The notes beneath the pieces are model-generated. The model did no database searches. It was given only the letters and a program-made list of their open reading frames with translations, and had not been told where the DNA came from. From Terriglobia bacterium (GTDB lineage Bacteria; Acidobacteriota; Terriglobia; Bryobacterales; Bryobacteraceae): a stretch of 64,000 nt of DNA. The stretch is from NCBI GenBank assembly GCA_963809655.1, contig CAWEKQ010000047.1:2523-66522 (forward strand), given 5' to 3'. The translations under genes and the position numbers were made by a program. Positions 21,346 through 31,874 of the stretch are shown here, piece after piece (position 1 is the first letter of the stretch; each line of letters opens with the position of its first letter).

Positions 21346-21900
21346 ATGAAACACTTTGACAGAGTGTTGCAGCGATGGCGGATACAGCGTGCAGCGGAAT
21401 TCATTAGTAGCGGCGATCGTCTTCTGGATATTGGCTGTGCGGACGGGGCCTTATTCCAACTTGTTCAGGATCTGGGTCCTTCGGCCGGCGTTGAGCCTGG
21501 CCTCGACCAAGCGGCCCTGCCCTCGATTCCGAACGTTACGTTCTTTGCCGGCTATTTCCCGGACGCGATCCCCGGCGGTTCGGGGCTATTCGATGTGATT
21601 ACTATGTTGGCTGTGCTCGAGCATGTTCCCGCAGCACAGCAGGTGCCCCTCGCGCAAGCCTGCGCGGCATACCTGAGACCCGGGGGGAAACTAGTCATAA
21701 CAGTGCCATCACCAGCCGTGGACTACGTACTTGCTGTTCTCCAGGCTCTGAGGGTGGTTGACGGCATGTCGCTGGAACAACACTATGGATTCGACTCGTC
21801 GCAAACGCCCGGAATATTTTCTCCTCATGGCTTCGAACTGACCGCAAGACGCCGCTTTCAATTAGGCTTGAATAATCTCTTTGTGTTCCGTCGCAAGTGA
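21346..21900 (+). CDS. Class I SAM-dependent methyltransferase
   Basis: RLLDIGCADGALF (motif I) and FDVITMLAVLEHV. It starts directly after the GT2 stop. Confidence 0.8.
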   Translation: MKHFDRVLQRWRIQRAAEFISSGDRLLDIGCADGALFQLVQDLGPSAGVEPGLDQAALPSIPNVTFFAGYFPDAIPGGSGLFDVITMLAVLEHVPAAQQVPLAQACAAYLRPGGKLVITVPSPAVDYVLAVLQALRVVDGMSLEQHYGFDSSQTPGIFSPHGFELTARRRFQLGLNNLFVFRRK

Positions 21901-22104
21901 CCGCACGGCTCGGTTGCACATACGCTGTTTGATCTCTTTTATTCAGGGTACCACTTCAGTTGCCCGATTGATAATCGCGCTTGTTATTTCGCCGCGCTAT
22001 GCTGATTGCCCTTCTGTATGGAATCGAGCCAGGCTGCGTAGTCGCTGCGTGAACTACCACCAGCATGGCCCGAACCGCAGCTAACGAGGTATCATATTAT
22101 TAAT

Positions 22105-23573
22105 ATGGGTCGAATGCTTTCCTCGGGGCCGGTACGCGGGCTGCCCAGGAATACCGCAGGAAATGTTGAATTGCGGATTGACGACGATTTCAGGCGTTCG
22201 GATTCTCCGCGCACGGCCCCTTCGTTGAATACCCCGCAGCAGGAACAAGTCAGTTCCGTGCGCAGAATAGCGTTCTATGCCGCCGTGGCGATGATATTTG
22301 CGCGTATGTCGGTTACGCCGGAGATACTTGCTTATCTAACCGGAACAAATACCTATGTTTTGTATCTGGTTGGGCCACTGGCCTTAATTGGCGTTTTGGT
22401 GAGTGGCGGAATCGGACGGGCTTTTCGATCAAAGGTTAGTTGGTACTGGACGGGGCTGGTTATTTGTATGCTTATTGCAACGCCGGTCAGTTCCTGGCCT
22501 GGAGGCTCAGCGCAACTCGTTTCAACCTACTTACGGACTGATTACATCTGCCTACTGGTATTAGCAGGAACCGTTTCAACCTGGAAAGATATTAAAACGG
22601 TCTTCAATATGTTGGTCGCCTCGGGGTTTATTGTTTTGTGCGTTGTGAGGTTTCTGGCCACACCGGACAATGAGGGCCGTCTGGCACTCGATGTCACTGA
22701 CAGCACGATCGGCAACCCCAACGATTTGGCGGCCCATGTCTTGCTGTTGTTGCCGTTTATGTGTATTTCGGATTTAAGGCCGGGCAGAATAAGATATTTC
22801 GGCTTGCTCGCGCTCGGCGGTGGCTTCTACAGCGTCTGGATCATCCTCGGCACCTCTTCCCGTGGTGCGTTCATCGCGCTGGCGAGCAATGGCGGTCTAC
22901 CTTTTCTTCAAAGCCACCGGCAGCGCAGCGGATTGCCATAGTCCTGGTGGGCGTTCCTGTGTTGGCCACGGTGCTGGTGGCGATACTGCCCGCGCAGAAC
23001 CTGGCGCGTCTGCGGACGATCTTCAATCCCGAAAATCCTGCCGCCGCGGGCATCGCGGCCGAAGCGGGTGAATCTTTCGATTCCCGCACTTATCTTCTCA
23101 AGAAAAGTATTGAGTATACTTTTCAGCATCCTGTCTTCGGCGTGGGCCCAGGCCAATTTTCGAATTACGAAGGATCGAGTAGCCGCAAGGTGGGCGAGCA
23201 CGGCAACTGGCACGAGACTCATAACTCCTACACTCAGATTTCCAGCGAATGCGGCCTGCCCGCCGTGATCCTGATGATGGCCGCTTCCTTTGGAGCGATG
23301 GGTCTGGTTTCAAAGACTCTGAAGAAAGCGCGAGCGTGCGGAAACAAGGAGGTGGCCGGCGCGTGCGTTTGTTATCTGGTTTCCTGGGCCGGCTATCTCG
23401 TCACAATAACCTTCCTGGCTTGCGGGTATCGATTCACCTTACCGGCCATGATCGGTCTGGCTGCGGCGATTCACATCGCCGGCGAACGGGAACTTGCCGC
23501 ATCCGTACAGGTCCCGTCTGTTCGCCCGAACGCGTATCCGATCGGACCCGCCGCCCTGCGCCCCATCGGCTGA
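22105..23573 (+). pseudogene. O-antigen ligase/polymerase-like (Wzy_C) membrane protein, two frameshifts near 22890-22930
   Basis: ORFs 22105..22941, 22820..23071 (short stretch) and 22761..23573. Motifs GTSSRGAFIALA, then MAVYLFFKATGS, then QRIAIVLVGVP...GNWHETHNSYTQISSECGLPAVILM. Many TM helices. Confidence 0.75.
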
Positions 23574-23596
23574 CACCGCGTGCCTGTTCCCCGATA

Positions 23597-24343
23597 ATGA
23601 GCGATCTCAAAAGCTATCGTGCAAGCGAACAGGAGGCAGCTCGCACCGCCGATTTGCTCCGTATTCTGCCGCGGGGCAGGCATTCCGTGCTCGACATCGG
23701 AGCCCGCGACGGACATTTCTCACTGCTTCTGACCAAATATTTTCCCGAAGTGACGGCTCTTGACCTTCACCGGCCCGCGTTCGACTTCCCCAACGTCACC
23801 ACAGTGGGCGGGGATGTGACGAAGCTCCAGTTCGACGATGCATCGTTCGACTGCGTCTTTTGCGCCGAAGTGCTCGAACACATTCCGAATGTGTCGGCCG
23901 CCTGCAAGGAGATCCTTCGGGTGGCGAGACACGAGGTCGTGATCGGGGTTCCCTTTCGACAGGACATCAGGGTCGGCCGCTGTACTTGCTCCTCGTGCGG
24001 AAAGACCAATCCTCCGTGGGGACACGTGAACTCATTCGACGAGGATCGGCTCGTTCGGTTATTTGCCGGAGCCGGCTTGGTGTCAAAGTCTTTTGTCGGC
24101 ACAAACTCGTCGGCAACAAACCCGTTTTCGGCCTTCCTGATGGACCTCGGCGGTAATCCCTGGGGATCGTACGATCAGGATGAACCGTGCACGTACTGTG
24201 GCGCGCGAATGTTCCCGCCGACTTCCCGGTCGATATGGCGCCGTGCCTGCTCTTCGATTGCGGTTCGCCTCGACAAGTTGCAGGAGAGCATGACACCCGC
24301 GCATGGCAACTGGATCCACCTCGTTTTTTCGGTACAGAAATGA
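23597..24343 (+). CDS. Class I SAM-dependent methyltransferase with internal Cys clusters
   Basis: In ORF 23249..24343 the sensible start is MSDLKSY at 23597. VLDIGARDGHFS, FDCVFCAEVLEHI, and CTCSSCGKTNPPWGH ... CTYCG. Confidence 0.8.
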   Translation: MSDLKSYRASEQEAARTADLLRILPRGRHSVLDIGARDGHFSLLLTKYFPEVTALDLHRPAFDFPNVTTVGGDVTKLQFDDASFDCVFCAEVLEHIPNVSAACKEILRVARHEVVIGVPFRQDIRVGRCTCSSCGKTNPPWGHVNSFDEDRLVRLFAGAGLVSKSFVGTNSSATNPFSAFLMDLGGNPWGSYDQDEPCTYCGARMFPPTSRSIWRRACSSIAVRLDKLQESMTPAHGNWIHLVFSVQK

Positions 24344-24510
24344 TTCGGGGAGATGACGGTGGCTGCCAACTCCGGCGTCTCGATTGTGAACGGGCGCAGT
24401 TTGTCAATTCTTCACAGCAGTTCGGGATTCGCGGCGAGGGCGCGGCGCCCTTCCGGCCATGGGCCTCCGGTGGTCCGGTATCAGCCATCGAGGATTGCTT
24501 CCCGAAGATT

Positions 24511-27500
24511 TCAATTGAGTGCCAGAAGATCCGGCTGCGCCTGCAGAAGTCCGTTGCCACCTGCATCCAGATATAAGATCTGATACCAGAACGCGCCTTG
24601 CCGGGCATCGGCCTGCACCGTGCATGGTGAAACCGAGCAGGGAAAGAAGGAGACTGCGCCTGAAGGCTCCGTCACTTTTATCAGGACCGAGACGCGGGCC
24701 GCCACCAAAGTTTATCGAAGTGCTACGGGAACAAAACAAGGCTGACGTCAGCCTCAACCCGGCGCCATTGATGCGACATCCCGATTCCAAACAGGAAGCC
24801 GATCCACTTATAGGCAAAGCGTCGTATCCAAGGTATTCAAGTAAACGCCATCTGAATACGGTGGGTTCCCGAAGCCAGGCTTTCCCCATTGCGCGCCATA
24901 AAACTCATCGCCAAACTTCAAGTTCGTTGGCGTCGGATTGGCCTCGTATGCCACGCTCATGGCATTCTGCGCCTCGCCCGAGAGCGTCCGCGAGGCTATC
25001 TCGGCGTTTGGATCCGGGCCGTACGTGCAACTCAATCTGTATATCGTCGGCGGTTCGCAATTGTAAAGCCGCGGCCATAATAGAGGCCGCCTTGGTAATC
25101 GGGTCGAAGCCGGTCGTCACGATCCAGTTGGCGGTATCGTTCGCCAAGTCTGAAGCAGTGCCTGCGGCCCGCTTGCACCCAGAGCCGCGAGCCTCATCGC
25201 CAGGGTCTTGATACCAACCAGAAAAACGTCTTCACCATAGCCGAGATTGGTGGAACGATCGCCGAGTAATTCCCGTGGCATCCGGCCCAGGGCCGATCCA
25301 GCGTGATCGTGGTGGGATTCACCCATTGGCACATAAAACGTGTTCAAATTGGCGTGATCAGCGACTGTCGATAGCGAAAGCCAGCGGGTTTTGATCGTGC
25401 TCGATCTGGTAAGTGTAAGTCCCGGAATCCCCCTGCCACGGCGTGGGAGCCCCAGTAGAGCGTAATGCTGGTTGGAGAGATGTAGACAAACCGATAGTAA
25501 AGGTAAGGTGTCCCTCCCTCGTGAGTCGCGCATCAGCACGATCTTCGATGTGCGTCGGGGGTGAAACCTGTTCCCGTAGCATGCGGCTCCCATGGGTGAC
25601 GGTTATCGTGCCGGTCGATGTGACATTGCACAAGCTCGGCGGAATAGCTGTGACGTCCTGTAGCACTCCCGCCGTTGGTCAGTTGAAAGGTCCGAGTTGG
25701 GGTTAAAATACGCCTGCGGGAACGATATTCGGCCCTTTGCAGCCTTTCACGGGTATAGGCTTTGGCTAACTGCGCCTTCCAGTAGGATCTCTGCCCCGGG
25801 GTTGTTGAACTGCCGGTGTCTACCGGATCGAACATTGCCGCCAGCGCGAGCCACGACAGTCCGTATGCGTCTTCCCGCACGTCGGTATCGCACGAGCTGA
25901 GGATTGCCCCTCCGCTGAAAGATGCGCCTATGGCGGCGCTGGCCTTGTTCCGTATCAGAGTCCAGTTGTTCACCCGGCCGTCGAGAACAGCGCCAGCGAC
26001 CATTCCGGTTATTCCCGCATGGCGGGGAGTGACCGATACATATCCCTGATCCAGCTCCGGAATTGCCGCCCAATAATCTCCTATTCCACGGGCATTGGAC
26101 AGAAACACGTTGGCTCCGGACCGGAAATAGCCGGCATAGTGGGCCAGCACTTCGTCATAGTAGTTCGGGCCAAACTCGACTGAGCCAACTGGTTGCCGAC
26201 CAGGAATAGTTTTGTCCTGTCTGGGCCGCGGTGCTGGTGTTGGCAATGCCATCCGGGCCGTAGTGATATATCTGCGTATCGCTTTCACACGATGAAATGC
26301 CCGAGAGTTGCTGACCGGTCGTGCCGTCCGGGCGAAGCCACCCCCGCGCCATGTAGCGTTGCGGCTGGATGATGGCGTATGCCAAACCGCCCTCGGTGTC
26401 TGCGGGTGCCGGGTAAGGCCGGCTGAGGGTGATCGACGTCGCCGAATTGGCGGCTGCGACGGTCGCGAAGAAAACGAAGGGTATGCCTGAATGGTGGCCC
26501 GATATGCGAATTCGCTGCCCCTGAAGAGAAGGGATCGTCCAGTTGGTGCCGGCTCCCGCGATGGTCGCGGAGCCACCGGCGACGCTCACGGTCCCGACCG
26601 CGGTTGTGATCTGCCCTTCTTCGCCCGGTCCCGCGGGGCAAAAGTCAGTGAGGAAGGCCGTGCCCGTTCCGGTAGTCTTCAACTGCGTAACAGCCAGTTC
26701 CGGCACTCCAGGCCTGCGGCGTGGATACCTCACCGAACAACCCTTGCCTCCAGCCTCGGCCGTCAAAACATACCGTCAGGGTATTTCCAGAGGCGCCGCA
26801 GATCCTTACTTCTTCCTGAGAGGTCGCCTGCGGACCTATCAGGATAACGGTCGGCAGCACGGAGAAATCCAATACGGAGGGGTCGGAGAGAACGATACGT
26901 CATATCGGCGGGGGCAATGGCGTTGCTCAGCGGCGTTGATGTCGGACTCGTGTAGTAAAAAGGAGCAAACGCGATGGTCCCGGCAAGACTGTGGATCCAC
27001 GATGGCGGACTAATGCTGTTGATATACGAGCTGCGAACGGTCGCGGAATGAATAGCGATATAGTCCTGAAACTGCCAGGGATTCTTCCCGAAGGCGATCA
27101 TGGGCCCAAAAAGCAGATCGGCGGCCGGGTTCGCCTGAATCACAACGCCGTTATCATCGGTGGCGACGGCACCCACGTCCAGCGTTGACGTGGCCGTTTT
27201 CCCTGCCGAATCGGTAACCTGAAGCAGAAATCGATAATCTCCAAAGATCAGGCCCTCTACGACGGGCTGTGCGGCGGTACGATCCGACCACTTGAGTGTG
27301 GAGGGACCGGCCAGTTCCTGCCATTGATAAGTCACCGAACTGCTGGCATCAGCCAGGGAAAAGCTGCCGGTGCCATCGAGGGCAGCCGGGTACCCGGCCC
27401 TGAGTGATACCCAGTTCGACCAGGCGGGAGCCCCAAGCCGTCTTTGATTACCGAGATCGGAACCTGATTGGGTGTTTGCGGCGAATTGCGCCCCGGGAAA

Positions 27501-28118
27501 CGCTGCGTTGTGGCCTTTGCCGCTTTGGTCCAGGGTGTTGCCGTCGAAATTCAGATTGGTCAGGTCGCCCGTTGCGGCTGTAACCGGTGGCCTGCTCCCG
27601 GGCGGCACAGCGTGCTGAATTCGCGGAAAAAGCCAAGGCTGGCGGAAGTATACTGATCGCCAAACTTTCCGCCGCTATACGGCCACGGGTTTATGCTCGT
27701 GATGCCGGTCGTGCTGGACGCATATCCGGAGCCGTCATAGCTCCACAGTTCGCAGATCAATTGCATTGCCACAGGATCCCGTTGCAAGCCGGACCAGGAC
27801 GTTGCTATAGCCCGTCAGTGGAAGATCACAGACCGAGGGGGATGTGTTGTCCCTCTTGTCAATAAAGCGCAGAGTATTGGACGGGTCAATTCGGCCGTTG
27901 CACCCACACCGTTCATGTCCCATATGTTGGCGCTTCCCACGCTGGACACCGCCCAGCCGCTTAATTGGAACTCCACTCTCCATGCCTGCGAGGCGGGCAG
28001 GTTCGGGTCGATAACTACACCGCTGGTACCTCCCGGGGTCAGCACGAGAGACAGTCCCGCAAATGCGGGGAAGGTCAGCAACAGGCCAAGTGTAGCTCTC
28101 AAAGACACTTTCGAGCAT
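24511..28118 (-). pseudogene. Large (about 1200 aa) secreted protein with PKD-like domain, at least 10 frameshifts
   Basis: AAGGAG lies 9 nt before the ATG at 28118. The signal peptide is LRATLGLLLTFPAFAG (27815..28108). Coding continues through 27560..27787, 26763..27608 (YQWQELAGPSTLKWSD..FLLQVTDSAGKTATSTLDVG), 26645..26872, 26155..26766, 25533..26576, 25358..25666, 25117..25593, 24905..25147, 24808..25035 and 24511..24708. Confidence 0.55.
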
Positions 28119-28772
28119 TACGTTTGACTCCTTAAAGTATAAAAGACAGCCATGCCGGCTCGCGCCGGGCGCGCCGCCCTGAACAGACGTGACTCGCAGG
28201 TGAGCCAAACAGGAATATGCGCTATCGACGGCTCCGCCGAGTGTCAACCGCAGGATCGTGGTTCCAAAAGCCCTCTGAACTGACATATTGGAGCCGGGCC
28301 AGACTGAGACCGGTCCCAGGGATCCCCTGCGCATCCGCGAAGCGATTGGAGTCCGTAACCGCATCAATGGAAAGGACATTGGCGCTGGCGTTGCTGATCT
28401 CGAACGTGATTCGATTGCGAAAAGCCGAACGCATCGCCCAGCGGCCACCCCGATACGGTAGGTTCCGGCGGACGGCAAATCGACCCGGAAGACCGAAATG
28501 GCCCCGTCGTTCGCCTGGCAGCTAACCCCGGCCAGCCTTGGATCGCCCGACACGCTGCGATCGCGTACGACGAAGCTTGCGCTTTGCGTTTCCCAGCCAA
28601 AAGTAACCGATTGTCCGTTAACGCCGAGCGTCGTGGGGTAATTGACGTTGGATGCAAAGATGGCGTAGGACGGATCCGTGACGTAGCTTTGGGTGGCGCG
28701 AAAGTCAAACCCCACATCCCAACCAAAGGATGGCAGGCACCCCAGGAGCAAACAAGCCAATATTCTTTGCAT
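28119..28772 (-). pseudogene. Small secreted protein, frameshifted; 3' end approximate
   Basis: MQRILACLLLGCLPSFG signal peptide, starting at 28772 inside ORF 27735..28895. The middle part is in 28222..28434 (ITFEISNASANVLSIDAV..). The ATG overlaps the upstream stop (TAATG at 28770-28774). Confidence 0.45.
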
Positions 28773-30089
28773 TACAGCAGCCTCCGCAGTACAACGATCA
28801 CTTCGGCGATGCTGACGCTCGCAGCTGTACCGCTTGTATCCGTCCGGATCAGGCGAAAGTGGGCTCTTGATCCCGCGGCGCATCCGGCGGGCCAACTCAA
28901 TCCCTGCGCGGAAGCGGTTGCGAGCGTATTCGCGGACGCCGGCGCGATCGTCATCCCCGGCGCGAAGAAGTTATTGCCGATGAAGACGGGATCGTCTGTC
29001 ATGGCCGCGTTTGCCGGTGTGCAGGCTACATCGAGAGCCGGGGTGAATGTTCCGCCGGGACTAGGAGTCATGTACGTTATGTAGACGTCGGCGTTGCCGG
29101 TCAGAGTCAGGGGGAGCGAGAAACTCGTCTGAAGCGAAGGAGTTCCGGAACTGGCGAATGCCGCGTAAGCGTTGTTGACATTCGTCCCGGCGCATCCACC
29201 TGCCGCCGCCGGCGTGGCTGCTGCTGGTGGAGTATTCCAGATCAGCATCGCAGTGGAAGGCGCCGAGCAATACGCCAGTGGCGAATGCCATTCGCTGGCA
29301 GCGGCTATGGTGATCGCCCCCCCCGGCGTTTGTTGAAGTAATGCTCTGCGGTAAACCGCCTCCACCCCCTCCACCGGCTGCGCTGGAGGTTAGCAGGCGA
29401 AACGACGCTCCGTCGTACCAGATGGGGTAGAGTTCTCCGGCTACGATGTCAGTCGCGCCCGGGTTCGTGCCGTCCGGCTTTACCAACGCAACCGCTCCCA
29501 AAAGGTCGACGTTCACTGTGGTATTGCCGCCGACGCCGTTTACATCCGGCCTCCAGAACAACACCATCCCGGCCGTATACGCCGTCAGCGTGGGAGCCAG
29601 GGCGCAATTGTAAATCGAACCGGAACCAGCCGACGACTGGCAAAACAGCGTTTGCCCGGCCTGCAGATCCGCCTGTGCGAGGACGACCGATGTGTCGATG
29701 CTCTGCTGAATGTTGATCTTTGTCCCCAGGTCGGTGATCGCGTTGAGGATTCCGGGACCGGACACAAAGTTCTCCGTTCCCCTGGCACCCACCGGGGCAC
29801 CGCTATTCAGGATGGTGACTTGCTGTGAGCTTGCGCCAGCCTGGGGAGTCCAGACATCAGGAGTAAGGCAGGCGTAGATGTTGTTACCCGCGGGCGCGGT
29901 AGTCAACAACAACAGTTCATTCGCTGTGCAGGTCGCCGGAAGCGCGGCACTGGTCTTGAGGGGCCTTGTGTAGAGCGCCGCTTGAAAATCGACACCCTTC
30001 GATTGCGTGTGCAGATCCACTTGTGTTTGAGCGGCGAGAGTCAGGCCAATCAGGCCCGCGAGTAACCCTGGACAACTTAAACGAGACAT
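28772..30089 (-). pseudogene. Secreted protein with Gly-rich linker (tail-fibre-like look), one frameshift at a G8 tract
   Basis: ORF 29061..30089 (MSRLSCPGLLAGLIGLTLAAQ signal peptide ... AAGGGGGGGLPQSITSTNAGGG) switches to ORF 28772..29374 (..AITIAAASEWHSPLAY..) at the C8/G8 run 29317-29324. Confidence 0.55.
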
Positions 30090-30253
30090 TGTTTCTCCTC
30101 GCCCCGGATTCTAGGCCGGACGGCGGAGAAACCGTGTCAAGACTCCGTGACCAGTATATGGTAATTACCTGCTAACATTCATGAATAACAATGAGTTGCA
30201 ATAAAAAATAAATCGGTGCATTTGTGACGGCATTTTGAGGCGGAGCGGATTCG

Positions 30254-31764
30254 TTAGCGGTTTCGCCGCGGCCGCCACTGCTCCGGCGAGCCGCGGAGCT
30301 CCAGGAAAAAACGGAAATACTGCATGATCCTGGCCCGGTGAAATGCAGCCAGGATACCCACATACGCGACTCCGCCGACGGCAACTTCCGCTGCCAGCCG
30401 GGCAAATAAGGTGCCAATGCGACGGCGACCACCATAGCCGGACAGCGATCACTGCCAGCAGCATCGCCGCGGAACCTATCAATGCCGGAGCGAGGCTTTT
30501 CAGATATTCCGCCACACTACAGTCGATCGCCCGAAGCACTTTGATAGCCATGGGGACGACTGTGACCGGCGACATCGCCAGCCATGCCGCGGCCACCGCT
30601 CCGACACCTCCTCGCGAGGCTATGTAAAAGGCCACCGGCATCAGACCGAAATTCAACCACGCGCATCCACATGCCGAATCGCGTGAAGCGCAGCGTCGTC
30701 CCTAACTGGCTGTTCAAATAGCTCATCGTCCTTACCGCCATGAATATCGCCAGCCAGCGCAGGGGCGCGGCCGCACTCGCCCACTGCGATCCCAGCAGCA
30801 ATTGGACGGCATCCGGCGCCACGATGGCAAGCCCGAAAAGGAGGGGGAAACAGGACAAAGACAGCAGTTCCGTGAAAATCAGGAAATATCGCCGCACGAG
30901 GGCGCCGTCGGTTTGAACCCGCGCAAAAAGAGGGCCGGTCACGCGCATTACCAACGCGCCGATTTTGTCCGAAGGCGTACTTGCGAGGTTGCTCGCAAGC
31001 CGATATATTCCCAGCGGAGACTGTCCCAGCGTCCGGCCTATGACCATACTGTCGGACAAGCCTGTGACACTGCCGACGATTCGTTGCAGGGCGATCTCCA
31101 TTCCAAACCGCAAAGGCGCGAGGACTTGTTTCCAACGCGGCAGGGCAAAGCGGGCGGGGCGCCAATAGATAATCAAGGCGATATTGCTGGCCCTGCCGAC
31201 CAGGTTTCCCGCCACGAGCGACCAGTAGGCCAGGCCAGCCCAGGCGCAACCCACCGACACCAACGCGGTAACTACCGCTTGGACGGACTCAGCCACGGAG
31301 AGCCGTCGATAATTCATGTCCCTCTGCAGGAGACCGAGCGGAATCGCCTCGAACGAAGTCATAATGAACGAAAAGCTCGACACAATTACGAGGAGATTGA
31401 GTTGGGGAGACCGGAAGAAATCCGCTATTAAAGGCGCGGCAGCCACCGAAATGCCAAATGCCAATATTCCGGACAACAACGCGATCGTGTTGAGTTGGGC
31501 TACAATGGCGGTATCCAATTCCTGCATCTGCAGTACTGCCATGCCGACGCCAAACTCGGCCACTATGTTGGTCACGACGAAATAAAACCCGGCCATCTCC
31601 ACGATTCCAAAGTCGGACGTAGACAGGAGCCGTGCACAAATGAGAACGGAAGGCCACGATACCAGTTGCGATATCCACTTGGCGCCAGCAGTCCACGCCA
31701 TGCCGCCCACAAAGGCGCGGTCCAGCTTGTGACGCTCGTGATGGACCTGCTCTGCGTTACTCAA
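30254..31764 (-). pseudogene. Wzx-type polysaccharide/oligosaccharide flippase (PST family), at least 2 frameshifts
   Basis: ORF 30517..31764 (12-TM-like, LLSTSDFGIVEMAGFYFV..). ORF 30165..30656 supplies FGLMPVAFYIASRGGVGAVAAAWLA... A third frame gives ..IGTLFARLAAEVAVGGVAYVGILAAFHRARIMQYF..RNR, with the stop at 30254. Confidence 0.75.
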
Positions 31765-31874
31765 GTGAATTTCCGGAGGTTCCCGCTTCTCAGGAGTGCG
31801 GAAGACGTGGCGTTCGAATGTGGGCGTGCGGAGCTGACAAGACTACCAGAATGATAACAAACCGCCCGGACTTT

